DNA from: Chitinophagales bacterium | Lineage (GTDB): Bacteria; Bacteroidota; Bacteroidia; Chitinophagales; JADIYW01 | Assembly: GCA_020636545.1 (NCBI GenBank) | Contig: JACJXS010000008.1 | Location: 159,530 to 223,529 of the forward strand | Length of the DNA stretch: 64,000 nucleotides | Direction: 5' to 3' | In this document: positions 46,661 through 55,929 of the stretch, piece after piece | How positions within the stretch are numbered: position 1 is the stretch's first letter | Layout of the letters: each line of letters begins with the position of its first letter | The notes under the pieces: model-generated | Databases searched by the model: none | The model's input: the letters and a program-made list of their open reading frames with translations, nothing else | Told to the model about the DNA's origin: nothing | Translations under genes and position numbers: made by a program

Positions 46661-47911
46661 TTATCTGGTTTTAATAAAACTTTCGCTATCAATTAAATAT
46701 TGGGCGTTTGCAGCCACGGTATCATTTTTTGTAATGCCTTTTAAAATCTGTATATAATTATTGATTGTAATACCTGTATTTATTTCCCTTGCTTTAAATC
46801 CATTCTCCAGCTTTACAAATACCATTTTCTTAGTACCGATGCTCACCATTGCCTGCTTTGGCAACCAAAGGGCTTTCACCGGGTTTGCCCTGACAGTACC
46901 CTGTAAGCGCAAACCAACCGGCAGTTTCAGTTTACTATTGTTTAAATATACTCTTACTCTGAGGCTGTTTTCTGACTGATTTAACTGAGTTTCAATAAAA
47001 TCTATTTTTGCATATACCGGTTCTGAGTCGTTTATTTCAGTAGTAATAACCACTGTCTGATTGAGTTTGATTATACTTCCATAACCCTGCAATACATTGA
47101 AAACAGCCCAGACTTTATCCGTGTTCGATAATTTAAAAACCACGGCTCCTTTTTGAATATAATCACCTTCTTTTATTTTTAGTACATCTGTACTGCTAAC
47201 AGCATTTTGCATACTATTACTATTTACAGTTTCTGTCATTTTATCTGTACCCTGAATAATACCATAGGCAGGACTATAAATTGAAATAATAGGATTTGTC
47301 TTTTTTGTTTCATTGAGTGATTTTAACTGAGCATCCGTTATTCCATAGAGCATCAATTTTTGTTTGGAAGCAGCTATCAGTGATTCATTTTTAGCATCAT
47401 TCGTTATTAAATAAATATAATTCTGCTGTTCGGTGAGCAGTTCAGGGCTATATATATCAAATAGTTTCTGTCCTTTATTTACTTTTTGAAATTTATAATT
47501 TACGTACATCTTTTCAATCCTGCCACTCACTCTTGCTGCTATATTTACGATTGAATTTGGATTGTATTCTACAGTACCCGGTAAATATAGTTCTGTATTT
47601 ATTGAAGTGTCAAGAGGGGTTATCGTTTGATATTTACCCACAATGAAGTTGTCTGTGGGTTTAAGTAAGTTTTCAGATAGTGTTGTATCCACCTCCATAC
47701 TGTGGGTTTCCAGTTTAATTAATTTCATTCCGCAAATCGGGCAATTTCCCGGTTTATTTTTTCTGATTTCAGGATGCATTGAGCAAGTATAAACTTCCTT
47801 CTGATCATGGCTACCCATTATTTCATGCCGTTTCATCACCAAGAAATACACTCCGGCACCTATTGCAGAAATTAATAAAAGAATCAGACTATATTTTAGA
47901 AATTTTTTCAT
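46661..47911 (-). CDS. cusB: Second RND efflux periplasmic adaptor (CusB-like) with N-terminal heavy-metal-binding module
   Basis: 416 aa; YTCSMHPEIRKNKPGNCPICGMKL; paralogous to the downstream adaptor. Confidence 0.8.
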   Translation of the reverse strand: MKKFLKYSLILLLISAIGAGVYFLVMKRHEIMGSHDQKEVYTCSMHPEIRKNKPGNCPICGMKLIKLETHSMEVDTTLSENLLKPTDNFIVGKYQTITPLDTSINTELYLPGTVEYNPNSIVNIAARVSGRIEKMYVNYKFQKVNKGQKLFDIYSPELLTEQQNYIYLITNDAKNESLIAASKQKLMLYGITDAQLKSLNETKKTNPIISIYSPAYGIIQGTDKMTETVNSNSMQNAVSSTDVLKIKEGDYIQKGAVVFKLSNTDKVWAVFNVLQGYGSIIKLNQTVVITTEINDSEPVYAKIDFIETQLNQSENSLRVRVYLNNSKLKLPVGLRLQGTVRANPVKALWLPKQAMVSIGTKKMVFVKLENGFKAREINTGITINNYIQILKGITKNDTVAANAQYLIDSESFIKTR

Positions 47912-47913
47912 GC

Positions 47914-49170
47914 TTATTTGATTTCGAGTTGTTTTTCAATTTCCACCTGTGTTAAAAGAATAGCCTGTAATTTGTCCAATGCATCTATCTGTGCCATATT
48001 TAAGGCTTCCCATGCATCCAGTACCACAAATAAATCGCCTGTATTGTTTTGCCATGCAATTAAAGCTGTTTCATAATTTCTGCGTAATGCAGGAATTATG
48101 CTATTTTGTGTTATTTCGTACTGTTTATTCAGACTTATCAATTCGGTACTCATGCCTGAAATCATACCTGTGGCTTCATTTAGAATCATTTCTTTCTGCC
48201 ATTTTAAACTTTCATTCTTTAATAAATAACTACTGGCATTTGCCTTATACATTTTAGATGACCAGGGCATAAACGGCAAGTTTACCATCAGCATTGCTGA
48301 GAATTGCTGTGGCTGTTTGCCAAAGGCAAACATGTGTTCATACCGGAGACCAAATTCCGGTAATAATTTAGCCTTTTCCGCCTTTGCCTTGAGCTGATTT
48401 GTGGTAATAGATTTGTCGATAGCTTTAATTTCACTTCTATTTGCGGCAAGCTGTAAAGAATCCGTTTTTAGGTATTTGAGGTCATTCAAGTTATACGTTG
48501 TGTCAATGTCAAAATATAAATTTTTATCTCTTGCCATCAAGGTATTTATCATGATTCTTTTTTGAGTCACGTCATTTCGCAGCATGACAATCATATTCTG
48601 CAATTCACTGTATTGAGATTTTGCTTTGTAGTAAGTGGGCAGTTTATCCATATTGTACTGAAAACGAATTTCCATGCTTTTTATCATGTATTCCAGCAGC
48701 AATAAGTTATCTTCTGCGATTTTAATTTTTTTGTTTAAAACCAACCATTGATAATAATTAGATTTTGCCGCAGCATACAGCTGATTAATTGTGTAGTTCT
48801 TATTTTCTTTCTCTACGGCAGACATAGAACTCATATAGCTAAAATCCGCTTTGAGCTTTTTTGCATTGGGAAACATTTGGGTAACTCCTAACATATAGGA
48901 ACCCATGCCATCATTCATATCATCCGCTTTCCACATTTTAGCATTGTATGGTGTCATAAAGAAACCAGTATTTACCTGAGGAGGCATCCAGCTTTTTGCC
49001 CCTTTTGCCGCAGCATCCATGCTTTGTATATCTGCATCGTACATTTTGAGCTGCGGGTTATTCGCTTTTATAACTGCCAGCACTGAATCTAAATGAAGCA
49101 CCTGAGCCTTTAGGTTTGCAGTAATCAATATGCAACAACCAAGGATGAGAAAATATTTATTCTTTTGCAT
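47914..49170 (-). CDS. cusC: TolC-family outer-membrane efflux protein (CusC-like)
   Basis: 418 aa; signal peptide ..NLKAQ; helical-repeat OMF pattern; 14-nt overlap with the upstream cusA fragment. Confidence 0.8.
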   Translation of the reverse strand: MQKNKYFLILGCCILITANLKAQVLHLDSVLAVIKANNPQLKMYDADIQSMDAAAKGAKSWMPPQVNTGFFMTPYNAKMWKADDMNDGMGSYMLGVTQMFPNAKKLKADFSYMSSMSAVEKENKNYTINQLYAAAKSNYYQWLVLNKKIKIAEDNLLLLEYMIKSMEIRFQYNMDKLPTYYKAKSQYSELQNMIVMLRNDVTQKRIMINTLMARDKNLYFDIDTTYNLNDLKYLKTDSLQLAANRSEIKAIDKSITTNQLKAKAEKAKLLPEFGLRYEHMFAFGKQPQQFSAMLMVNLPFMPWSSKMYKANASSYLLKNESLKWQKEMILNEATGMISGMSTELISLNKQYEITQNSIIPALRRNYETALIAWQNNTGDLFVVLDAWEALNMAQIDALDKLQAILLTQVEIEKQLEIK

Positions 49171-51094
49171 CTATAATACTTATTTTACCTTTTGTTTTTA
49201 ATTCACGGAGTTTTACGATTTCAAATACTACCGGCGTAACCAATAGTACATAAATTGTGGATGTAATTGTACCGCCAATGAGCGGTACCGTAATAGGCAG
49301 CATAATATCTGAACCAGTGCCGGTAGCCCAAAGAATGGGCACTAATCCGAATAGGGAAACGGAAACTGTCATCAGTTTTGGCCTTAAACGTTTAGCAGAA
49401 CCATCGATAATAAATTGCCTTAAGATATCTTCGGTAATTACCTCTTTACTGTTGCCGTGTTTGGTTATCATCTTATTCATTGCCTCGTTCAAATAAATCG
49501 TCATTAACATGGCCGTCTCTATTGCCATACCGAACAATGCAATAAAACCAACAGCCACGGCAACAGATAAGTTAATACCATAAAAATATACCATAAAAAT
49601 TCCCCCGATAAGCGCAAACGGCACCGTTATCATAGTGATAATGGCTTCTTTCATGGAATGATATGTAAAAAACAGAATAAGGAAAATGATAAGCACCACT
49701 ATGGGCATTATCAGCTTCAATGTTTTGTTTGCTCTTAACTGGTTTTCCCATTGACCGCTCCATTCCACATAATATCCTTTTGGCATTTTAGCAATCAACT
49801 CATTTAATTTTTTCTGCGTATCTTTTACCGTACTTCCTAAATCACGCTCCCGGACATTAAATAAAACACTACCTCTCAGCATGGCATTTTCGCTGTTTAT
49901 CATCGGAGGACCATCGCTTATTTTTATATCAGCGACAGCTTCTAATGGAATGGGGCCAAACTGCATGGTTTGCACCTGTAATTTTTTTAATGCTTCGAGA
50001 CTGTTTCTGTATTCCTGCGCATATCTTGCATTTACTGAAAATCGCTGTCTGCCTTCGATGGTTGTGGTTAATTTCATTCCTCCAATAGCTGCTTCCACCA
50101 CGTTGTTTATATCGTCTATGGTTAATCCATATCTGCCAATCACCTCCCGTTTTGGCTGTATATCGATATATTTACCTCCGGTTATCGGTTCTGAATACAA
50201 ATCTTTTACACCATCCGTACCCTCCAATGCTTTTTTGATTTTTTGAGATAACACCTCTATGGTATCTAAGCTTTCCCCGTAAATTTTTATCCCGACATCT
50301 GTTCTTATACCCGTTGACAACATGTTAATCCGATTGATGATAGGTTGAGTAAAGCCATTGGTCACACCCGGAATTTGCAGCTTATTGTTGATTTCAGTTA
50401 TTATATCATTCTTAGTTAAGTTGCTTCGCCATTCGTTTTGGGGTTTTAGTAAAATGATTGTTTCTATCATACTCACCGGACTATTATCAGTGGCTGTATT
50501 CGCTCTCCCTGCCTTACCTAAAACATGGGCTACTTCCGGCACCGATTTTATCAATTTGTCCTGTACCTGTAATATTCGTTTCACTTCTGAATTTGATACA
50601 TCGGGCAAAGTAACGGGCATAAAGAGTATAGAACCTTCATCCAAAGGAGGCATAAATTCTGAACCCAAACGTGTATACATAAATACACCAACTAATAAGG
50701 CAATAATATTAACTGCTAAGACTGATTTTCGCCATTTTAAGCAAAACGTTAGTACAGGAGTGTATATTGATTCTAATTTTTTATTAATTGGATTCTTTTC
50801 TTCAGGACGCAGTTTGCCCTTTAGCAAGAAACTAATCAAAACAGGAGTTAGGGTAATGGCAAAGAACGCATCCACAATTAGTATAAATGACTTTGTGTAT
50901 GCCAGCGGACTAAATAATTTTCCTTCCATGCCTGTAAGCAGAAACACCGGTAAGAATGACGCTATTACAATAATGGTAGAATAGAATACACCAGGTCCCA
51001 CTAACTTTGAAGAAGCTTCAATTATCTTTAATTTTTCTTCATCAGAAACAGGGTCGTGTTCCTTTTTGAATAATTTTTTGATTTTATCTATCAT
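49157..51094 (-). CDS. cusA: CusA/CzcA-family RND pump, C-terminal fragment (TM5-TM12)
   Basis: 645 aa; aligns by eye to E. coli CusA from ..EVGPALF.. onward (..NRINMLSTGIRTDVGIK.., ..GPPMINSENAM..). Confidence 0.8.
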   Translation of the reverse strand: MIDKIKKLFKKEHDPVSDEEKLKIIEASSKLVGPGVFYSTIIVIASFLPVFLLTGMEGKLFSPLAYTKSFILIVDAFFAITLTPVLISFLLKGKLRPEEKNPINKKLESIYTPVLTFCLKWRKSVLAVNIIALLVGVFMYTRLGSEFMPPLDEGSILFMPVTLPDVSNSEVKRILQVQDKLIKSVPEVAHVLGKAGRANTATDNSPVSMIETIILLKPQNEWRSNLTKNDIITEINNKLQIPGVTNGFTQPIINRINMLSTGIRTDVGIKIYGESLDTIEVLSQKIKKALEGTDGVKDLYSEPITGGKYIDIQPKREVIGRYGLTIDDINNVVEAAIGGMKLTTTIEGRQRFSVNARYAQEYRNSLEALKKLQVQTMQFGPIPLEAVADIKISDGPPMINSENAMLRGSVLFNVRERDLGSTVKDTQKKLNELIAKMPKGYYVEWSGQWENQLRANKTLKLIMPIVVLIIFLILFFTYHSMKEAIITMITVPFALIGGIFMVYFYGINLSVAVAVGFIALFGMAIETAMLMTIYLNEAMNKMITKHGNSKEVITEDILRQFIIDGSAKRLRPKLMTVSVSLFGLVPILWATGTGSDIMLPITVPLIGGTITSTIYVLLVTPVVFEIVKLRELKTKGKISIIDAKE

Positions 51095-52383
51095 TCCGTT
51101 TCTGTTTTATTGTTATCAAATTCCTGCTGCCGTTCGGAGATACTCCGGTAGGCATTTTCTACCATTACAATCCCGTCATCCACCACCACGCCAATTGCAA
51201 GTGCAATACCTGTGAGTGACATAATATTAGATGAGATACCAAATGCTTCCAATAAGATGAAGCCAACCGCTACCGATATAGGCAGTTGAATGAGGATAAT
51301 CAGGGCACTTCTCCAATGAAACAGAAAGAGCAGTATGACTATGGAAACAACAATCATTTCTTCCAATAAAGTGCCTTTTACAGATTCTATCGCTTTTTCT
51401 ATCAGTTCGCTTCTGTCATAAGAAGTCTTAAAGGTTACACCGTCCGGCAGCCCTTTCTCCACATCTTTCATTTTTTCTTTTACCGCTTTAATTACCTTAT
51501 CCGCATTTTCCCCATACCGCATCACCACAATTCCACCTACGACTTCCCCTTCACCATTCTGGTCGAAAATTCCTAATCGCAGATCACCACCCATTTGTAC
51601 AGAGCCAATATCCTTTACTCTAACAGGAATGGAGTTGTAATTTTTAACAGCTATTTCTTCTATATCAGCTATATTTTTAATGTATCCTAATCCTCTTATA
51701 ATATAAGACATATCACTCATTTCAAATTTCCTGCCGCCGACATCGTTGTTGCTGCTTTTTACAGCATTCATTACTTCCATCATACTAACATTATAGTACT
51801 GCATTTTTAAAGGGTCTAATACCAACTGGTATTGTTTTTCAAAGCCACCAAATGATGCTACTTCCGCTACACCCGGAACGGTTTGCAACGCAAATTTTAC
51901 GTACCAATCCTGTAACGCCCTTTGCTCCCCTAAATCCATACCATTGGCTTCGAGGTGATACCAGAAAATATGACCGACACCTGTACCATCAGGACCTAAT
52001 GTCGGGACTACATTCTGAGGTAATAAACGCTGTGCATAATTGAGCCTTTCCAAGACACGGGTTCTAGCCCAGTAGACATCCACATCATCTTCAAATATGA
52101 TGTAAACAAAGCTCATTCCGAACATAGAAGCACCACGGATGTTTTTTACTTTTGGTATTCCCTGCAGATTGGATACCAAGGGGTAGGTAACCTGAGATTC
52201 AATTACCTGCGGGCTTCTGCCCATCCATTCGGTAAAGACGATTACCTGATTTTCAGACAGGTCAGGTATGGCATCTATCGGATTTTGCTTTACACTGTAA
52301 ATTCCCCAACCTAATAAGCCGGCTGATACAAGTAACACAATTATCCTGTTTTTCAGTGAGAATGCGATTAGTTTTTCTACCAT
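51091..52383 (-). CDS. cusA: CusA/CzcA-family RND pump, N-terminal fragment (TM1-TM4)
   Basis: 430 aa; MVEKLIAFSLKNR..; ends just after ..VVVDDGIVMVENAY..; ATGA overlap with the C-terminal fragment. Confidence 0.8.
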   Translation of the reverse strand: MVEKLIAFSLKNRIIVLLVSAGLLGWGIYSVKQNPIDAIPDLSENQVIVFTEWMGRSPQVIESQVTYPLVSNLQGIPKVKNIRGASMFGMSFVYIIFEDDVDVYWARTRVLERLNYAQRLLPQNVVPTLGPDGTGVGHIFWYHLEANGMDLGEQRALQDWYVKFALQTVPGVAEVASFGGFEKQYQLVLDPLKMQYYNVSMMEVMNAVKSSNNDVGGRKFEMSDMSYIIRGLGYIKNIADIEEIAVKNYNSIPVRVKDIGSVQMGGDLRLGIFDQNGEGEVVGGIVVMRYGENADKVIKAVKEKMKDVEKGLPDGVTFKTSYDRSELIEKAIESVKGTLLEEMIVVSIVILLFLFHWRSALIILIQLPISVAVGFILLEAFGISSNIMSLTGIALAIGVVVDDGIVMVENAYRSISERQQEFDNNKTETE

Positions 52384-52394
52384 AGAATTTTACT

Positions 52395-52859
52395 TTACTG
52401 ATTTGATGAGAGACTGTCTGTTGTTTTATTTGCCCAATTAATAATTGATAATTTATTTTTCTCTGTTAAAGCAGCATCCTTATGAAAAAGAGTGTAAGAA
52501 GGTAAAGGCATTTTATCATCCTGAATCTGACTGACCATAGATTTTAATTTACTTAATTGCCTTCTTCGAGAATATGCACCAAAATCACTAAAATTCAATT
52601 TATCTTTTCCATTCTTAACATGATTATTCAGCATCCAAGCAACAGGTTGAAAATTGGCGTAAAAAGGATAAATTGTATTGTTGCTGTGGCAATTGTAACA
52701 AGATATTTTTAATGCATCCAATACGCTGTCAGGCATATTGAATGTCATTGTTATATCTGTTAACAGTACCTGTTCGCTTTCGTTGCGAACAGGTCTGATA
52801 AATTGAATACCCACCACAATAATCAGCAACACTAACAATATCATTTTAATGATACGCAT
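52395..52859 (-). CDS. Membrane-anchored haem-binding-domain protein (CxxCH)
   Basis: 154 aa; N-terminal TM; CYNCHS motif; resembles the Haem_bd-type proteins often next to metal efflux genes. Confidence 0.55.
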   Translation of the reverse strand: MRIIKMILLVLLIIVVGIQFIRPVRNESEQVLLTDITMTFNMPDSVLDALKISCYNCHSNNTIYPFYANFQPVAWMLNNHVKNGKDKLNFSDFGAYSRRRQLSKLKSMVSQIQDDKMPLPSYTLFHKDAALTEKNKLSIINWANKTTDSLSSNQ

Positions 52860-52864
52860 AATGA

Positions 52865-53542
52865 TTATTTCAATTCTTCTTTAACAGAACCACAAGTTTG
52901 CATTGATTTTCCAAAATATGGATTTTTTATTTCCTTCGTTTCACTTAACCAAATTGCACCCTTGTTGTCGTTATACATTGGACAAAAATCTTTGTATAAA
53001 ATTTGACCTGCACCCAATGCTTTCACTAAATCGTACATATCTTTACTCAATAAATCAAAATGTTCTCTTTGATGTGCAATTTTACCTGCATTTGCACCAA
53101 TATGTTCTGCGTGTTCTCTTGCATCGCTTTCAATGTCTTCATACGTTTTCTTTTGTTCTGCTGTTAGTGCAGTCTTATCAAAACTTTTAAAGGCAGCTTC
53201 TAATGCTTTACCTGCTGTTGCTGCATCATCCGTATTGTCATTTGTCAACGCGTTTTTTAACTTTAAATAATTGCTTACTATCTCTTTGACCGCGATGGTT
53301 GCTTTTGTTTCTTCAGTTGCCTGAGTGGTCGTTGCATTCATATCTACCAGTACGGATAATTCCATGCCGCATTTAGAGCATTTATCGCCCTTGTTACCCA
53401 TCACTTCAGGATGCATAGGACATGCGTACATTACAGAAGAATTTTCTGCAGAGTTGCCTGCAGTTTCATTTGTCGTTTTATTATTACAAGCTGTAAATGC
53501 AATAAGGATTGCAAAACTTATAAGGATTAATTTTTTATTCAT
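52865..53542 (-). CDS. Lipoprotein with N-terminal heavy-metal-binding module and DUF3347-like helical domain
   Basis: 225 aa; lipobox AFTAC; YACPMHPEVMGNKGDKCSKCGMEL; helical C-domain. Confidence 0.6.
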   Translation of the reverse strand: MNKKLILISFAILIAFTACNNKTTNETAGNSAENSSVMYACPMHPEVMGNKGDKCSKCGMELSVLVDMNATTTQATEETKATIAVKEIVSNYLKLKNALTNDNTDDAATAGKALEAAFKSFDKTALTAEQKKTYEDIESDAREHAEHIGANAGKIAHQREHFDLLSKDMYDLVKALGAGQILYKDFCPMYNDNKGAIWLSETKEIKNPYFGKSMQTCGSVKEELK

Positions 53543-53594
53543 TGTTTAAGTTGTTTAAGTTGTGCTAAAGAATACTTTGTATTAAACGATTTCA

Positions 53595-53843
53595 TTATTG
53601 TTTAATGACAATACCATTTGGTTTTTTGCCGTTTACATCTTTCAGTTTTACCGTTGCCGTTACGTCTTTATTTGAATATGGCGAGTCCTTTTCATCTGTA
53701 ATAAACAGATATAACTTACCGTCCATTTTCATCAACTGTGCCTTTAGTTCCAAATCTGACTTAGTGGCTGTTTGAGCATTTGTGAATGCCATGTTCATTA
53801 TCATCATTATTATAATGAATGATAGTCTTTTTAAAGAGTTCAT
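53595..53843 (-). CDS. Small secreted hypothetical protein
   Basis: 82 aa with signal peptide ..FTNAQ. Confidence 0.4.
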   Translation of the reverse strand: MNSLKRLSFIIIMMIMNMAFTNAQTATKSDLELKAQLMKMDGKLYLFITDEKDSPYSNKDVTATVKLKDVNGKKPNGIVIKQ

Positions 53844-53931
53844 TTTTTTTGAATTTATAGTTGAATAATATCTTTAAAGGTTTCTATGTGTGAAACTTTA
53901 AGATTTCCTGAGAGGAAATAATAATCAACTA

Positions 53932-54366
53932 CTAACAACGGAAGATTTGCAACTCAACAGGAGTTGGTCGCAACAGGTATTTTATAGTGTATAGATTATC
54001 GGGAGGTGGAATACCTGTAATGTATCTATCGTAATTAAATTGATAACTAAATACGGATGAAATTACCCAGTAATCATTTACAATTAATTTTTCGAAAGGT
54101 TTTAACTCTATTTGAGTTGAAGTGTAGCCTTCAATTGGCAGTTTTTTGAAGAATTGCTTGTGTTCGCAGCAATCTTTTTTCTTTACTGCTTTTTCCGGAC
54201 AACAGGTAGCGACTTGCTTCTCCATTCCACAATCTGCTTTAGAAAAAAGAGCAAAATCGCGAGAGTGCGAAGTGTTACAAATATGTACCGATATTGCAAA
54301 GCCATTGCTTGTTACAAAAACAAGTAATGCCATGAATAATGCCGGTATGTTCGTTTTGAACTTCAT
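53932..54366 (-). CDS. Small membrane-anchored Cys-rich protein (possibly HYC_CC_PP-like; unverified)
   Basis: Start reset to MKFKTNIPALFMALLVF..; motifs VHIC, CCPEK, DCCEH, IPPPD. Confidence 0.4.
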   Translation of the reverse strand: MKFKTNIPALFMALLVFVTSNGFAISVHICNTSHSRDFALFSKADCGMEKQVATCCPEKAVKKKDCCEHKQFFKKLPIEGYTSTQIELKPFEKLIVNDYWVISSVFSYQFNYDRYITGIPPPDNLYTIKYLLRPTPVELQIFRC

Positions 54367-54502
54367 TTCTACTGCCAAAGTTAGACATAATTTCAGTTAT
54401 ATGCAACACAAAATAGTTTAAATATTGTTAAATAGTAATCATATAAAAATTCATTTACTGTATACCTGTTACAATTTAAGATAGCCAAATGAAGTTGTAT
54501 AA

Positions 54503-55228
54503 CTATTTTACCAGTTTTAGTGCTTCATTTAATCTCTGTGCAACATTATCCCAGTTTATAATATTAAATAGTGCATCTACAAAGTCTGTGCGCTTATTTT
54601 TGTATTTTAAATAGTAAGCGTGTTCCCAAACATCGATTACTAATATGGGAACTGCTCCCCATTGTATTAATTTCTCGTGATTTTCACATTGTAGAATTGT
54701 AAGACTGTTTCTATATGGTTGGTACGCTAAGATTCCCCAGCCATTGCCATCTACATTTTTAGACGTTTCGGCAATAAGAACTTTTAACCTGTCGTAACTA
54801 CCAAAATCTTTTTCTATGAATTTTAAAAGTTCGCCTTTTGGTTGTGTTTGCTTGTTTGTTAGGTTTGTCCAAAATATGGAATGTAAGATGTGTGATGATG
54901 AATGATAAGAAAGTTTCTTTGTCCAAAAATCAACTATTTCTATATTATTGTCATCCAATACTTTTTTTATCATCGATAAATCCTTATTTGCACCTTTTAC
55001 CGCACCACCATGATGAAATGTATAATGCAGGTGTAAGGTTTCAGCATCCATATATGGCTCTAAAAAAGTTTCATTGTATGGTAATGGTTGTTGAATAAAA
55101 TTACCATTAGCATCAGCTAATTTATCAATATTATTGTTGGTCAAATTTTGTGCAAATGCATTATTTGAACTAACAATAGCAGCAGCACCCAGTAATGCTC
55201 CTGATTTTAAAAAATCTTTTCTGTTCAT
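54503..55228 (-). CDS. Fe/Mn-family superoxide dismutase with Tat-like signal peptide (ChrC-like context)
   Basis: 241 aa; MNRKDFLKSGALLGAAAIVSSNNAFA; ..HHTFHHG.., ..DVWEHAYY.. ligand motifs. Confidence 0.85.
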   Translation of the reverse strand: MNRKDFLKSGALLGAAAIVSSNNAFAQNLTNNNIDKLADANGNFIQQPLPYNETFLEPYMDAETLHLHYTFHHGGAVKGANKDLSMIKKVLDDNNIEIVDFWTKKLSYHSSSHILHSIFWTNLTNKQTQPKGELLKFIEKDFGSYDRLKVLIAETSKNVDGNGWGILAYQPYRNSLTILQCENHEKLIQWGAVPILVIDVWEHAYYLKYKNKRTDFVDALFNIINWDNVAQRLNEALKLVK

Positions 55229-55261
55229 AATCTTAATTTATTAGATATTACTTCAAACTAA

Positions 55262-55924
55262 TTATTTATTTAGACAAGGACTCTTTCTTATTGCATTTCT
55301 TTTTCTTATAAATATTTGCTTTTCTGCATCACTTAATTCTGATTTGATATAATTAAAATCCTCATTCTGTTCGTCTAAAATATACTGTAATTCATCAAAT
55401 TTTGGTTTGTATTTTTCTGTGATAATTTTATTTTGTGCTGTAATTTCTTCTTGTATTTTTAATTGCTTTGCTTTTCCTGATTGGTAGGCTATATTTTTTT
55501 CTATTGTTACTTGTAGGGTAGTAATTTTATCATCTATAATTTTAACAGCAATATCGCTCATCTTTGTATTCTGTTCTATTTTTCTTTCATATGCCGGAGT
55601 TGAAATATGACCATAGATATCGCTGTGTGCATTGGTAATTTTTCTGTATTCGTCTTGGTATTTTTGAATTGTCTTTTCTTTTTCTTCATTCAATAAAGAA
55701 ATAGAATTTTGTATTGGCTTATTTATTGTTTCTATTTCATTATTTATGATTGTTAATTGATAACTGAATTTCTCTGTATTTTTTAATGTGTCTTTACTTA
55801 CTTCTTCTTCTAAAGAAAACCACTTACATTTTATTTTCTGATAATCTTGTAACCAATTTTCTTGTTTGCTTTTACAGGCAATCAGAAGCAGAGTAATCAG
55901 TATTAGTAGAGTTGTTTTATACAT
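55262..55924 (-). CDS. Coiled-coil lipoprotein, unknown function
   Basis: 220 aa; lipobox LLIAC; heptad-rich K/E/Q sequence. Confidence 0.45.
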   Translation of the reverse strand: MYKTTLLILITLLLIACKSKQENWLQDYQKIKCKWFSLEEEVSKDTLKNTEKFSYQLTIINNEIETINKPIQNSISLLNEEKEKTIQKYQDEYRKITNAHSDIYGHISTPAYERKIEQNTKMSDIAVKIIDDKITTLQVTIEKNIAYQSGKAKQLKIQEEITAQNKIITEKYKPKFDELQYILDEQNEDFNYIKSELSDAEKQIFIRKRNAIRKSPCLNK

Positions 55925-55929
55925 TATTT

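Noticed and set aside
49881-50984. Plus-strand ORFs 49881-50246 and 50358-50984 (121 and 208 aa)
   Set aside because: They are antisense shadows inside the cusA C-terminal fragment, whose RND homology is unambiguous.
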